Both the position numbers and the translations under genes were made by a program. A stretch of 64,000 nucleotides of DNA from an uncultured Sangeribacter sp. (GTDB lineage Bacteria; Bacteroidota; Bacteroidia; Bacteroidales; Muribaculaceae): assembly GCA_964509225.1 (NCBI GenBank), contig CAZDWB010000006.1, forward strand, positions 4,979 to 68,978, read 5' to 3'. Positions within the stretch are counted from its first letter, which is position 1. Each line of letters starts with the position of its first letter. Below, piece by piece: positions 28,419 to 39,393 of the stretch. The notes beneath the pieces are model-generated. The model saw only the letters and a list, made by a program, of their open reading frames with translations. It ran no database searches and was not told the origin of the DNA.

Positions 28419-29132
28419 ATGGAAGCAAATGCCAAAGATGTGATAATAGCTTGTGACTTCCCCACAGCTGAAGAAACATTGAAATTCTTAGATAAATTCA
28501 CCGTCAGGAAACCGTTCGTCAAAATTGGAATGGAACTCTATTATGGTGCAGGGAATGAAATAGTAAAGGAGATTAAGAGAAGAGGACATAAGATATTTCT
28601 GGACTTAAAACTCCATGATATTCCCAACACAGTGAAAAAGGCGATGAGGGTTCTTTCGGCATTGGATGTGGATATGGTCAATGTTCATGCTGCCGGCACA
28701 ATTGAGATGATGCGCGCTGCTCTGGATGGTCTCACAAGGGCAGATGGCTCCAGACCATTATTAATTGCTGTCACTCAACTTACTTCTACCTCCCAAGAAG
28801 CGATGCAAAATCAACTCATGATTTCCACAGATATAAATTCTACCATAATAAAATATGCGCAAAATGCAAAGGCAGCCGGTCTTGATGGTGTTGTCTGTTC
28901 TCCATTGGAGGCTGGATTGGTGAAAGAGTCATGTGGAAATGAATTTATGACTGTCACTCCCGGAATCAGATTTGCTGACTCGGGTAAGGATGACCAGGTA
29001 AGAATCACAACTCCCCTTAAAGCCAGGGAGATTGGATCAGATTACATTGTAGTTGGTCGACCTATTACTCAAGCTGAGGATCCGGTTGCGGCATACGAAA
29101 AGTGTTGTCGTCAATTTTTAAATGAGGAATAA
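28419..29132 (+). CDS. pyrF: Orotidine-5'-phosphate decarboxylase
   Basis: [33 protein letters not shown] and VVGRPIT motifs. Confidence 0.96.
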   Translation: MEANAKDVIIACDFPTAEETLKFLDKFTVRKPFVKIGMELYYGAGNEIVKEIKRRGHKIFLDLKLHDIPNTVKKAMRVLSALDVDMVNVHAAGTIEMMRAALDGLTRADGSRPLLIAVTQLTSTSQEAMQNQLMISTDINSTIIKYAQNAKAAGLDGVVCSPLEAGLVKESCGNEFMTVTPGIRFADSGKDDQVRITTPLKAREIGSDYIVVGRPITQAEDPVAAYEKCCRQFLNEE

Positions 29133-29157
29133 GTTTTAAATTAAAATCCTAACAATA

Positions 29158-29805
29158 ATGAACTCAAATATATATACCCCTGAGAAAATAGCTGAGGAAT
29201 TACTTAAGATAAAGGCCGTGTTTCTAAGTCCGGACAAACCCTTCACATGGGCAAGTGGGATTAAAAGTCCCATTTATTGCGACAATCGTCTTATTCTCAC
29301 GTCTCCTGAGACGAGAGAAATAGTCGAGAAGGGTATATGCGAAACTATTAGAAAATTTTATCCGGAAGCAGAAGTTCTGATGGGGACCTCTACCGCCGGG
29401 ATTGCCCATGCAGCCATAGCAGGTTATCTGTTGAACCTTCCTATGGGTTATGTAAGAGGATCTGCGAAAGATCATGGTCGCAACAATCGTATTGAGGGAC
29501 GACTTGAGAAAGGTCAAAAGGTAGTTGTAGTAGAAGATCTTATCTCAACCGGTGGAAGCTGTATCGATGTTGTTGAAGCTCTAAGGGAAGCTGGAGCGGA
29601 AGTGCTCGGTGTAGTAAGCATTTTTACTTATGGCATGAAGAAAGGGCTTGAAAAACTGGAAAATGCAAACGTCGAAAATCATTCCCTTTCCAATTTCGAC
29701 ACCCTTGTAGAGGTTGCTGCCAAAGAGGGATATATCTTACCGGATGACGTAGAAAAACTCAGAAGATTTATGAGCAATCCTTCTGACGAATCTTGGATGA
29801 AATAA
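29158..29805 (+). CDS. pyrE: Orotate phosphoribosyltransferase
   Basis: [16 protein letters not shown] and [13 protein letters not shown] (PRPP motif). Confidence 0.96.
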   Translation: MNSNIYTPEKIAEELLKIKAVFLSPDKPFTWASGIKSPIYCDNRLILTSPETREIVEKGICETIRKFYPEAEVLMGTSTAGIAHAAIAGYLLNLPMGYVRGSAKDHGRNNRIEGRLEKGQKVVVVEDLISTGGSCIDVVEALREAGAEVLGVVSIFTYGMKKGLEKLENANVENHSLSNFDTLVEVAAKEGYILPDDVEKLRRFMSNPSDESWMK

Positions 29806-29807
29806 AA

Positions 29808-30902
29808 ATGAGAAAAATGAGACATCTTATTGAGCCATACGATTTGACAAAAGAGGAAATAGAATCTATCGTAGACCTGGCATTAGACATCATAGATAAT
29901 CGAGAGAAATATTCGGAAGTATGCAAGGGAAAAAAACTTGCAACTCTGTTCTATGAACCGAGCACCCGGACTCGTCTCAGCTTTACCGCAGCAATGATGG
30001 AATTGGGTGGTAATGTTCTTGGCTTTTATGATGCTAAGAATTCATCAGTAAGTAAAGGAGAGACTGTTGCAGACACATCAAAAGTGATAAGTTGCTTCTC
30101 TGATATCATTGCAATGCGACATTATGAGGAAGGTGCAGCCCTCGTGGCAGCTATGAATGCAACAGTACCGGTTATAAATGCTGGTGATGGCAGTCATGCA
30201 CATCCCACACAGACACTTACAGATCTGCTCACAATCAAAAGAGAAATCGGCAGATTCAATAACATCACCATAGGTTTTTGCGGAGACCTAAAATTTGGTC
30301 GCACAGTCCACTCTCTTATTAAAGCCTTATCTCGCTATGAAGGTGTAAATGTCGTGTTGATTGCTCCGGAACAGCTCCGGCTCCCTGACTATATGAAGGA
30401 GGAAGTATGTGACGCAAATGGTGTTAAATATAAAGAAGTTACCTCCCTCGAAGAGGTGATTGGAGATCTGGATATCCTTTACATGACGCGGGTACAGAAA
30501 GAGCGTTTCCTTGACGAAGATGAATTTGACAGGTTAAAAGACAGTTTTATTTTGGACTCCGAGAAAATGAAACGTGCCCGAAAGGATATGCGTATTCTTC
30601 ATCCATTACCCAGAGTGAACGAGATAACGGTTGAAGTGGATGATGATCCCAGGGCTGCATATTTCCGTCAGGTAGAAAACGGTAAATTTGTAAGAATGTC
30701 ACTTATTCTCACCCTTTTAAATTGGGCAAAAGAAGATAAATACAACACCAAGCTATTAGGGGAAGGAATTGTGTATAATAAATATCATTGTCACAATAAG
30801 CGGTGCATATCCAATATGGAAAATGTTCCTACAATGTTCCGGAAATCCACAGATGGCTCAGACAAAATGCGTTGTGTTTATTGCGAATCTCGCCCTGAGT
30901 AA
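29808..30902 (+). CDS. pyrB: Aspartate carbamoyltransferase catalytic chain with fused C-terminal PyrI-like zinc domain
   Basis: [20 protein letters not shown] and LHPLPR motifs; C-terminal extension CHNKRC...RCVYCE. Confidence 0.94.
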   Translation: MRKMRHLIEPYDLTKEEIESIVDLALDIIDNREKYSEVCKGKKLATLFYEPSTRTRLSFTAAMMELGGNVLGFYDAKNSSVSKGETVADTSKVISCFSDIIAMRHYEEGAALVAAMNATVPVINAGDGSHAHPTQTLTDLLTIKREIGRFNNITIGFCGDLKFGRTVHSLIKALSRYEGVNVVLIAPEQLRLPDYMKEEVCDANGVKYKEVTSLEEVIGDLDILYMTRVQKERFLDEDEFDRLKDSFILDSEKMKRARKDMRILHPLPRVNEITVEVDDDPRAAYFRQVENGKFVRMSLILTLLNWAKEDKYNTKLLGEGIVYNKYHCHNKRCISNMENVPTMFRKSTDGSDKMRCVYCESRPE

Positions 30903-30997
30903 AGATTCCGTTTCAAGGTCGGGAGTGACCCAGGATTAGAATCACAAAAGGGAACTCATAAAAATTATGTTAAAAAACATATTTTGGGGCAGAATTA

Positions 30998-31029
30998 TTT
31001 GTGAGTGACAATAAAAATCGGTAAATTTG
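30998..31029 (+). promoter_or_regulatory. Bacteroidetes promoter for the pur operon
   Basis: TTTG at 30998-31001, 20-nt spacer, TAAATTTG at 31022-31029. Confidence 0.72.
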
Positions 31030-31063
31030 CAGTGGATATTGATAGCCGAAAGGAAGCATAATT

Positions 31064-31201
31064 ATGAGGCAACCCCGAAACATATCCCGCAATAACAGTT
31101 TTGCCGGTCCGAAGCCGGGAGAAAAAAAGTTGTGTGTGCGTGTGCGCAGCAAAAAATTAAGACATCAAATAAAAATAAATCAAATCGACAACCGCCTGTA
31201 A
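31064..31201 (+). CDS. Putative pur leader peptide (45 aa: MRQPRNISRNNSFAGPKPGEKKLCVRVRSKKLRHQIKINQIDNRL)
   Basis: Hand translation. AAGGAAG lies just upstream of the ATG, and the stop codon falls inside the terminator hairpin. Below the ORF-track size cut-off. Confidence 0.5.
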   Translation: MRQPRNISRNNSFAGPKPGEKKLCVRVRSKKLRHQIKINQIDNRL

Positions 31202-31233
31202 GAGGGAATCCTCGGGCGGTTGTCGGTTTTTTT
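31184..31233 (+). terminator. Intrinsic terminator/attenuator upstream of purE
   Basis: CGACAACCGCCTG...CGGGCGGTTGTCG long GC-rich stem, inner GAGG-gaat-CCTC, followed by T7 (31227-31233). Confidence 0.85.
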
Positions 31234-31252
31234 AACCATAAGTTTTTTAGAT

Positions 31253-31726
31253 ATGAAAATAGGTGTTGTGATGGGTTCTACAAGCGACTGGCATGTAATG
31301 GCTGGCGCAATTGAGATTCTCGAAAAGTTTGGTATAGAATACGAAAAACGAGTGTTTAGCGCACATCGTACTCCTCAGGCCTTGGTAGAATGGGCTTCAA
31401 ACGCGCGCGAAAACGGTTTTGCCGCTATTATTGCCGGTGCCGGTGGCGCTGCGCATCTGCCAGGTGTAGTAGCTGCTTTCACCTCTCTTCCGGTAATCGG
31501 CGTACCTGTTCTTTCCAAACAACTTATGGGTCTTGATTCTCTGCTTTCAATCGTGCAAATGCCAAGCGGAATTCCTGTTGCCACAGTCGGTATTGACGGA
31601 GCCAAAAACGCTGCCCTACTCGCAGCTGAAATCCTTGCCGTTACTGATATTGATGTTAAAGCAAAAGTTGATCAATTCCGTAAAGAGCAGAGCGAACGAG
31701 TTCTCGCTTCACATCTTCCTGAATAA
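31253..31726 (+). CDS. purE: N5-carboxyaminoimidazole ribonucleotide mutase (class I PurE)
   Basis: [29 protein letters not shown] and [12 protein letters not shown] motifs. ATG at 31253. Confidence 0.96.
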   Translation: MKIGVVMGSTSDWHVMAGAIEILEKFGIEYEKRVFSAHRTPQALVEWASNARENGFAAIIAGAGGAAHLPGVVAAFTSLPVIGVPVLSKQLMGLDSLLSIVQMPSGIPVATVGIDGAKNAALLAAEILAVTDIDVKAKVDQFRKEQSERVLASHLPE

Positions 31727-31746
31727 TATTTGAACCATCCCTAAAG

Positions 31747-34700
31747 ATGAATAAAAACTATCGTCTGTTTGTAGAGAAAAGAGAGCCTTACCGCGTTGAA
31801 GCAGAAAGCCTTCGCAATGAATTAAACTCTAATCTCAATCTCGATATAAAGTCTCTCAGGCTTATTTGCGTTTATGACCTGTTCGGTTTTACAGAAGAAT
31901 TGAAAAACGATTCTCGATTTAGAGTTTTCGGCGAATATGCTACAGATAATGTAACTGAAAATTCGGATTACTCATCTTTTCCATATTTAGCAATGGAGTT
32001 CCTGCCTGGACAATTTGACCAACGCGCAGCATCCGCAGAAGAATGTGTAAAATTAATTTGTCCCGATGCAGATGTAAGAATTCGTAGTGGAAAACTGATG
32101 ATTTTTGATAAGGGTGTTACATCCGAAGACATCAGGAAAATCGAAAAATATTGTATCAACTCTGTTGAGTCTCGAAAAAAAGATCTTGACACACTCGCCT
32201 TACCGGAAGCTGCAGATGCATCCCCCGTAAGAGTTCTGGAAGGATTGCGTGAACTTACGCCTGAAAAAGCTGTGGGATATTGCAAAGAAATGGGGTTAGC
32301 GATGAATGCCGATGACCTCATGACTGTTGTTGCATATTTTAATAAGGAAGGTCGCGACCCCAACGAAACAGAGCTGAGAATTCTTGATACTTATTGGAGC
32401 GACCATTGCCGGCACACCACCTTCACCACAAACCTCACAACAATTGAAATTGATGACTCATCTATTTCGGAAGATCTCCGTCAATCTCTTGAGGATTGGA
32501 AAAATATCCGAAAAGAACTCGGACGGGCGGAGAAGAGTCTGTGCCTTATGGATTTAGCCACCATCGGCGCCAGATACCTTAAGAAAAAAGGTCTTCTTGA
32601 TGATCTTGAAGTGAGTGACGAGAACAATGCATGCAGTATATATGTCGAAGTAGATGTGGATGGAACACCTGAAACATGGCTTTTGCAATTCAAAAACGAA
32701 ACACATAACCATCCAACTGAAATTGAACCGTTTGGAGGAGCTTCTACCTGTCTCGGAGGAGCAATCCGCGATCCGTTGAGTGGAAGAAGTTATGTATACC
32801 AGGCAATGCGTGTCACCGGAGCCGGCGACATATATAAAAGTGTTGCCGAAACTATGGAAGGGAAACTACCACAACGTGTCATTTCACTTCGTGCAGCCTC
32901 GGGTTATTCATCTTATGGAAATCAAATTGGACTTGCAACTACTCATGTACGCGAAATCTATCATCCGGATTATGTAGCCAAACGTCTTGAAGTGGGTGCT
33001 GTGGTCGGAGCGGTAAAAGCATCCGATGTCAGAAGAGAACGTCCTGCTGAAGGTGATGTGGTTCTAATGTTCGGTGGTCGCACCGGTCGTGATGGTATCG
33101 GAGGAGCTACAGGTTCTTCCAAAGAGCATACCACATCCTCTTTGGAAGAATGTGGAAGCGAAGTGCAGAAGGGGAATGCTCCGGAAGAGCGTAAGATCCA
33201 ACGTCTCTTCCGACGTCCGGAAGTGGCTCGGTTAATAAAGAAATCCAATGATTTCGGTGCCGGAGGTGTAAGTGTGGCAATTGGTGAACTGACCGACGGT
33301 CTCGACATATATCTTGACCGAGTGCCGGTTAAATATTCCGGTCTTAATCCAACGGAACTCGCTATCAGTGAATCTCAAGAGAGAATGTCGGTAGTGGTGG
33401 AAGCTAAAGATATGGAACAGTTTATGAATTACTGTCATGAAGAAAATCTTGAAGTTACTCATGTAGCCGATGTCACTTCCACCAACCGAATGAGGATGTT
33501 CTATAAAGGTGAAAAAATTGCTGACCTCAGCCGGGAGTTTATTGATTCAGCCGGTGCTCCGCATTATGCAGACGTAAAAATCGGGGGTATTGCGAATGAA
33601 AACCCGTTTAGACGTACTCCCAATGGTGTTAATCTTAAAGAGAGAGTGAAGTCCGTACTTTCCGAGCCTAATGTTACTTCTCAAAAAGGGTTGATAGAGA
33701 TGTTCGATTCGAGTATCGGAGCCTCTACCGTAATGATGCCTTTCGGAGGTAAATATCAATTGACAGAAAGTCAAGTATCCGTACAGACACTCCCTGTAGG
33801 GAATCATACAACAGACACTGCCTCTATTATGACTTTCGGATTTAATCCGGTCATCAGCAGTTGGAGTCCTTATCACGGGTCTGCATACGCAGTAATCGAG
33901 TCAGTTGCCAAAGCTGTAGCAGCCGGTGCGGACTTTACTAAGATGAGGTTCTCATATCAAGAATATTTTGAGAAGATGAACTCTCCTTATTCTTGGGGTA
34001 AACCTTTAGCCGCTCTACTTGGAACCCTCCGAATGCAGACTGAATTGGGTTTGCCTTCAATCGGTGGAAAAGATTCTATGAGTGGTACATTCGCAAATAT
34101 ATCTGTTCCTCCAACTCTAATAGCATTCGGAATCACGACAATTTTAAAACAGGATGTTATTACACCCGAATTCAAGAAAGGTGGAGAGAATATTTATTAC
34201 TTGCGTCATACACCCCTCCCTTCCTTGATGCCGGATACAACCGCTCTGGTAAAGAGCTATAATGCTTATCATGAAGCTGTGAAAAAAGAGTTGATAACGG
34301 CTGCCTTTGCTCCTACGAACGGGGGTATTGCGGAAGCTGTTGCCAAGATGTCGTTCGGCAATAAGGTAGGAGCTGATATCCAAGTGGATGAGAAGGAACT
34401 GTTTGATTTGAATTATGGTTCAATCCTCTTTACATCCGATGCAAATATCGAATTACTGAATATACCGGGGATTGAGAAAATAGGAGTTACTACTGAATCA
34501 GATTCAGTTACAATAAATGGCGTGGAAATTTCCATAGATGAGTTAATCGAATCTAATAGGCTACCTTTTATCTCCATCTATCCCGATAAGAGTGGAGTGA
34601 CAGGTGAGGTTAAAATCCCTGCAATGAAAGAGGGATTCACACCTTACCCGGGAGAAAAAGTTGAACATCCTATAGTCTATCTTCCCTCTTTCCCGGGCAC

Positions 34701-35463
34701 CAATTGTGACTATGATATGGAAAAAGCTTTCCGCAGAGAGGGAGCAGAAATCATTGCGAGTGTATTCCGCAATCTTTCAGCAGAAGATGTAAATGAATCC
34801 ACAAAAGAAATGGCCGAAAAGATAGACAAATGTCATATTTTAGCAATAAGCGGTGGGTTCTCAGCCGGTGATGAACCGGATGGAAGTGGTAAGTTCATAG
34901 CGAGTGTTCTCCAAAACATGGATGTTAAAGAATCTATCGAAAGACTCTTGAAACGTGGTGGACTTATCATCGGTATTTGCAACGGATTCCAGGCATTGGT
35001 AAAATCCGGCTTGCTCCCTTATGGTAAAATTGGAGAACTCTCTTCTGAATCTCCTACTTTATTCCGTAACGACATTAACCGGCATATCTCACAGATTGTT
35101 TCAACTCGGGTGGCAACCCTTGCTTCTCCATGGCTCAGCGGGTTTACTCCTGGTGAAATTCATCAAATAGCAGCTTCACACGGTGAAGGTAAGTTTACCT
35201 GTAGCACCTCCCTGGCAAATAAGCTTGCTAATAATGGACAAATCGCATTCCAATATACAAATCCTGAAGGTGAGCCAACAATGGAATCACCCTTTAATCC
35301 AAATGGTTCAACTATGGCCATCGAGGGAATCATCTCTCCGGACGGTCAAATTTTAGGTAAAATGGGTCATTCTGAACGTTACTCGGAAGGGTTAATGAAA
35401 AATATCCCTGGAAACAAAAATCAGAATATCTTTGCTAATGCAATTAAATATTTTAGAAAATAA
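31747..35463 (+). CDS. purL: Phosphoribosylformylglycinamidine synthase, large single-chain form
   Basis: YWSDHCRH, KNETHNHPTEIEPFGG, SIGGKDSMSG, GGFSAGDEPDGSGK, GICNGFQ and GKMGHSER motifs (synthetase + glutaminase). Confidence 0.96.
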   Translation: MNKNYRLFVEKREPYRVEAESLRNELNSNLNLDIKSLRLICVYDLFGFTEELKNDSRFRVFGEYATDNVTENSDYSSFPYLAMEFLPGQFDQRAASAEECVKLICPDADVRIRSGKLMIFDKGVTSEDIRKIEKYCINSVESRKKDLDTLALPEAADASPVRVLEGLRELTPEKAVGYCKEMGLAMNADDLMTVVAYFNKEGRDPNETELRILDTYWSDHCRHTTFTTNLTTIEIDDSSISEDLRQSLEDWKNIRKELGRAEKSLCLMDLATIGARYLKKKGLLDDLEVSDENNACSIYVEVDVDGTPETWLLQFKNETHNHPTEIEPFGGASTCLGGAIRDPLSGRSYVYQAMRVTGAGDIYKSVAETMEGKLPQRVISLRAASGYSSYGNQIGLATTHVREIYHPDYVAKRLEVGAVVGAVKASDVRRERPAEGDVVLMFGGRTGRDGIGGATGSSKEHTTSSLEECGSEVQKGNAPEERKIQRLFRRPEVARLIKKSNDFGAGGVSVAIGELTDGLDIYLDRVPVKYSGLNPTELAISESQERMSVVVEAKDMEQFMNYCHEENLEVTHVADVTSTNRMRMFYKGEKIADLSREFIDSAGAPHYADVKIGGIANENPFRRTPNGVNLKERVKSVLSEPNVTSQKGLIEMFDSSIGASTVMMPFGGKYQLTESQVSVQTLPVGNHTTDTASIMTFGFNPVISSWSPYHGSAYAVIESVAKAVAAGADFTKMRFSYQEYFEKMNSPYSWGKPLAALLGTLRMQTELGLPSIGGKDSMSGTFANISVPPTLIAFGITTILKQDVITPEFKKGGENIYYLRHTPLPSLMPDTTALVKSYNAYHEAVKKELITAAFAPTNGGIAEAVAKMSFGNKVGADIQVDEKELFDLNYGSILFTSDANIELLNIPGIEKIGVTTESDSVTINGVEISIDELIESNRLPFISIYPDKSGVTGEVKIPAMKEGFTPYPGEKVEHPIVYLPSFPGTNCDYDMEKAFRREGAEIIASVFRNLSAEDVNESTKEMAEKIDKCHILAISGGFSAGDEPDGSGKFIASVLQNMDVKESIERLLKRGGLIIGICNGFQALVKSGLLPYGKIGELSSESPTLFRNDINRHISQIVSTRVATLASPWLSGFTPGEIHQIAASHGEGKFTCSTSLANKLANNGQIAFQYTNPEGEPTMESPFNPNGSTMAIEGIISPDGQILGKMGHSERYSEGLMKNIPGNKNQNIFANAIKYFRK

Positions 35464-35483
35464 ATTAAATATATACCAACATT

Positions 35484-36197
35484 ATGGAACAGAAAGAAAT
35501 GCTCTATGAGGGCAAGGCAAAACAAGTATTCGCAACTGACGAACCGGATAAAGTTATCATACATTATAAAGATGCTGCTACAGCCTTCAATAATATAAAG
35601 AAAGCCACCATCGATAATAAGGGAGTATTAAACAACGAGATCTCCACAATTATCTTTAAACGTCTTAAAGAAGCAGGAATCCCGACTCACCATATCGAAA
35701 CCCTTAACGATCGCGACCAACTGTGTCTCAAGGTAGATATCGTACCTTTGGAAGTTATCGTTCGTAATGTGATAGCAGGTTCCATGGCAAAACGTCTCGG
35801 AATTGAAGAGGGTACAGAAGCTCCCAATACTATTTTTGAGATCTGCTACAAAGATGATGCACTTGGCGATCCGCTAATCAATGACCACCATGCAGTTGCA
35901 CTTGGAGCAGCCACCTATGACGAACTCAAGGAGATTTATGACATGACTGCAAAAATCAATGAAACTCTCAAGAAACTTTTTGCTGAAATCAACATTCGTC
36001 TCATTGATTTCAAGATTGAGTTCGGAAAAACATCAGATGGAAAAATTGTTCTTGCCGATGAAATTTCACCGGATACTTGTCGCCTTTGGGATGCTTCAAC
36101 CAATGAAAAGCTTGACAAAGACCGGTTCCGTCGCGACATGGGAAAAGTGATTGAAGCTTACGAAGAAATTGACAGCCGTCTGCACTCATTAAAGTAA
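35484..36197 (+). CDS. purC: SAICAR synthase
   Basis: [22 protein letters not shown] and [13 protein letters not shown] motifs. Confidence 0.97.
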   Translation: MEQKEMLYEGKAKQVFATDEPDKVIIHYKDAATAFNNIKKATIDNKGVLNNEISTIIFKRLKEAGIPTHHIETLNDRDQLCLKVDIVPLEVIVRNVIAGSMAKRLGIEEGTEAPNTIFEICYKDDALGDPLINDHHAVALGAATYDELKEIYDMTAKINETLKKLFAEINIRLIDFKIEFGKTSDGKIVLADEISPDTCRLWDASTNEKLDKDRFRRDMGKVIEAYEEIDSRLHSLK

Positions 36198-36241
36198 TGA
36201 GAAGAGAAAGATAATTAAAAGCATACTGGCAATTTACGATT

Positions 36242-37270
36242 ATGGCAAAGAGTTATGAAGCGTCGGGAGTAAATCTCGAAGCCGGATATGAAGTAGTAAG
36301 CCGCATAAAAAAACATGTTTCTTCTACAACACGTAACGGGAGCATGGGTAATATCGGCGCCTTCGGAGGAATGTTTGATCTCGGTTCTTTAGGTTATGAA
36401 CACCCCATACTTGTTAGTGGAACTGATGGCGTAGGCACTAAATTAAAAATCGCTTTTGCCACAGGACGCCACAATACTATTGGTATCGATGCCGTGGCAA
36501 TGTGCGTTAATGACGTTTTGGCACAAGGTGCCGAACCTCTGATATTTCTGGATTACGTTGCTGTAGGTAAAAATGAACCGGAGATAGTAGAACAAATTGT
36601 AGCCGGAGTGGCTGAAGGTTGCCGTCAAGCAGGGTGTGCTTTGGTTGGTGGGGAAACAGCTGAAATGCCGGGAATGTATGCTCCGGAAGACTACGATATT
36701 GCCGGTTTTACTGTTGGGGCTGTTGAGAAGAGTAAACTTATTGACTGCTCTAAAGTGAAGGTAGGTGATAAACTTATCGGCATCCCCTCTACCGGAATTC
36801 ATTCCAATGGTTTCAGTCTTGTTCGCAAGATAGTCTCTGATAATAATCTGGATTATAACAAAGAATATCCTTTCACAGAAGGTAAAACCTTGGGTGAATT
36901 GCTTCTTACCCCTACCAGAATATATGTAAAACCGGTGTTAAAACTCATTAAAGAAGTTGAAGTACATGGTATTGCACATATCACCGGAGGCGGCTTTGAT
37001 GAAAATATCCCTCGAATTCTTAAGGAAGGTCAAGGGGTTGAAATCAAAGAAGGGAGCTGGGAAATCCTCCCTGTTTTCCAAATGTTAGAACAATTTGGTA
37101 ATATTCCTCATCGTGAGATGTATAATATCTTCAACATGGGTATTGGTATGGTAATAGCAATTGATGAAGAAGATGTAGCTACAACCTTGTCTGTTCTCGA
37201 AGGAGAAGGACTCAAACCCTCCTTGATAGGTGAAATAATTGAAGGTTCAGGAGTAACCGTCAAAAAATAA
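36242..37270 (+). CDS. purM: AIR synthase (phosphoribosylformylglycinamidine cyclo-ligase)
   Basis: [25 protein letters not shown] and AHITGGG motifs. Confidence 0.97.
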   Translation: MAKSYEASGVNLEAGYEVVSRIKKHVSSTTRNGSMGNIGAFGGMFDLGSLGYEHPILVSGTDGVGTKLKIAFATGRHNTIGIDAVAMCVNDVLAQGAEPLIFLDYVAVGKNEPEIVEQIVAGVAEGCRQAGCALVGGETAEMPGMYAPEDYDIAGFTVGAVEKSKLIDCSKVKVGDKLIGIPSTGIHSNGFSLVRKIVSDNNLDYNKEYPFTEGKTLGELLLTPTRIYVKPVLKLIKEVEVHGIAHITGGGFDENIPRILKEGQGVEIKEGSWEILPVFQMLEQFGNIPHREMYNIFNMGIGMVIAIDEEDVATTLSVLEGEGLKPSLIGEIIEGSGVTVKK

Positions 37271-37272
37271 AG

Positions 37273-37875
37273 ATGAAAAAAATAGCAGTCTTTGCCAGTG
37301 GCAACGGTGGGAATTTTGAAGCAATTACTGTTGCTTCACAAAAGAGTGAGTTGGGAAATTGCAAAGTAGTACTCTGTGTATGTGACAATCCAGGTGCTAA
37401 AGTGTGCGAGAGAGCAGCCCGTCTGGGAGTCGAAACCTTCTCATTCAAACCGAGCAAATATAATTCCAAGACGGAATATGAGACACAGATAGCAGATCTC
37501 CTTGACAAAAAGGGTGTGGACCTCGTTTGTCTCGCGGGATATATGAGAATCGTCGGTAAAACACTCCTGGAAAGATATGATGGAAGAATTATTAATATTC
37601 ATCCGGCATTGCTACCCTCCTTTCCTGGAGCCCATGGCATAAAAGATGCTTTTGATTACGGAGTAAAAGTGTATGGTGTCACAATCCATTATGTTGATGC
37701 AGGCGTTGACACCGGTAAAATCATTGCACAGGAAGCCTTTAATTATGAAGGGAATGATATTGAAGAGTTGGAAGATAAAATCCATGAGATTGAACATCCA
37801 TTATATGTCAGAACCATAAGAAGTCTTCTTAAAAACAGCCAAGAAAAGGATAACAGAAATGAGAGCATTAATTAG
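37273..37875 (+). CDS. purN: Phosphoribosylglycinamide formyltransferase
   Basis: AVFASGNGGN, LAGYMRI, INIHPALLPSFPG and GVTIHYVDAGVDTG motifs. Confidence 0.96.
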   Translation: MKKIAVFASGNGGNFEAITVASQKSELGNCKVVLCVCDNPGAKVCERAARLGVETFSFKPSKYNSKTEYETQIADLLDKKGVDLVCLAGYMRIVGKTLLERYDGRIINIHPALLPSFPGAHGIKDAFDYGVKVYGVTIHYVDAGVDTGKIIAQEAFNYEGNDIEELEDKIHEIEHPLYVRTIRSLLKNSQEKDNRNESIN

Positions 37876-39391
37876 TGTAAGCGATAAACGGGGAGTTATA
37901 GAGTTTGCCTCCTCATTGATAGCCAAAGGGTGGGAAGTTATAGCTACCGGGGGCACCATGACAGCCCTTCGCAACGCTGGTCTTAAAATAACTAATATCA
38001 GCGATGTCACCGGTTTTCCGGAGATTTGCGATGGCAGAGTTAAGACTCTTCATCCTAAAGTTCACGGTGCCTTGCTTGGGCGTAGGGACTTAGAAGATCA
38101 TCTTAAACAAATGAAGGATAACGGTATAGAACCAATAGACCTCGTCTGTGTCAATCTTTACCCCTTTGAAGCTACAATAGCCAAAGAAGGAGTTACAATT
38201 GAGGATGCCATTGAAAATATTGACATAGGTGGTCCCTCAATGCTCAGGAGCGCAGCCAAGAACTATAAATCTGTAACAGTTGTCTGTGACCCGGATGATT
38301 ACGCCGGAATCCTCTCGGAAATTGACAGAGATGGTGACACTACAGAGGAGACTCGTCTCCGACTAAGCGCTAAAGCCTATACACACACTGCTTTGTACGA
38401 CTGCCATATAGCAACATTTATGAGAAAAATCGCCAATCTTCCGGAAAAGCTTTTTCTGGATTTTGACGAAGTTCAGAATCTCAGATATGGTGAGAATCCT
38501 CATCAGGCAGCAAAATTTTATCGGAATAAAGAAGAGGAATCCTACTCCGTAGCTTTCGCTCGTCAACTTGGAGGTAAAGAATTATCATACAATAATATCC
38601 AGGATGCAAATGCTGCTCTTTCCATAGTAAGGGAGTTCGAGGAGCCCTTTGCAGTAGGACTCAAACACATGAACCCATGTGGAGCCGGAATTGCTGATAC
38701 CATTGAAGATGCATGGGATAAAGCATTCGAAGCTGATAAAGTGAGCATTTACGGTGGCATCGTAGCTTTCAATCGCGAAGTGAACAAGGAGGTTGCACTG
38801 AAACTCAAACCTATCTTTCTCGAAATTGTAATGGCTCCCTCATTTTCACAAGAGGCTCTGGAAATCTTATCTAAAAAGAAAAACCTCCGTCTTCTGGAGG
38901 TGAAGATGGATAAGACACTTACTTCTTCTCAGAAACAATATGTCGGTGTACGCGGTGGGATGTTGGTTCAAGATTTTGACAATACCTGCATCACGCTCAG
39001 CGAAGATATGACAAAGACAGAGAGACAACCTTCAAAGCAAGAGCTCATTGACATGGACTTCGGTTGGAAGATTGTAAAACATGTAAAGTCAAACGCAATT
39101 GTAGTAGTTAAAAACGGTATGACCTTGGGTATAGGAGCCGGACAAATGAACCGGGTGGGTTCGGCAAAAATAGCACTTGAACAGGCAAAAGAATCTGGTG
39201 TTACCGAAGGATTAGTATTGGCATCCGATGGCTTTTTACCATTTGATGATACCGTTGAGCTTGTTGCAAATTATGGGGTAACTGCTATTGTTCAACCCGG
39301 CGGAAGTATTCGGGATGAAGATTCTATCAAGAAAGCGAATGAGAAGGGTATTGCCATGCTATTTACAGGAATGCGTCATTTTAAGCATTAA
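37859..39391 (+). CDS. purH: Bifunctional AICAR transformylase/IMP cyclohydrolase
   Basis: [43 protein letters not shown] and FTGMRHFKH motifs. Confidence 0.97.
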   Translation: MRALISVSDKRGVIEFASSLIAKGWEVIATGGTMTALRNAGLKITNISDVTGFPEICDGRVKTLHPKVHGALLGRRDLEDHLKQMKDNGIEPIDLVCVNLYPFEATIAKEGVTIEDAIENIDIGGPSMLRSAAKNYKSVTVVCDPDDYAGILSEIDRDGDTTEETRLRLSAKAYTHTALYDCHIATFMRKIANLPEKLFLDFDEVQNLRYGENPHQAAKFYRNKEEESYSVAFARQLGGKELSYNNIQDANAALSIVREFEEPFAVGLKHMNPCGAGIADTIEDAWDKAFEADKVSIYGGIVAFNREVNKEVALKLKPIFLEIVMAPSFSQEALEILSKKKNLRLLEVKMDKTLTSSQKQYVGVRGGMLVQDFDNTCITLSEDMTKTERQPSKQELIDMDFGWKIVKHVKSNAIVVVKNGMTLGIGAGQMNRVGSAKIALEQAKESGVTEGLVLASDGFLPFDDTVELVANYGVTAIVQPGGSIRDEDSIKKANEKGIAMLFTGMRHFKH

Positions 39392-39393
39392 AA

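Noticed and set aside
31030-31252. ZTP, PRPP (ykkC) or purine riboswitch upstream of purE
   Set aside because: Only fragments resemble the consensus (CCGCCTG, GGTCCGAAG), and the matching partner elements are missing. Not excluded without an Infernal scan.
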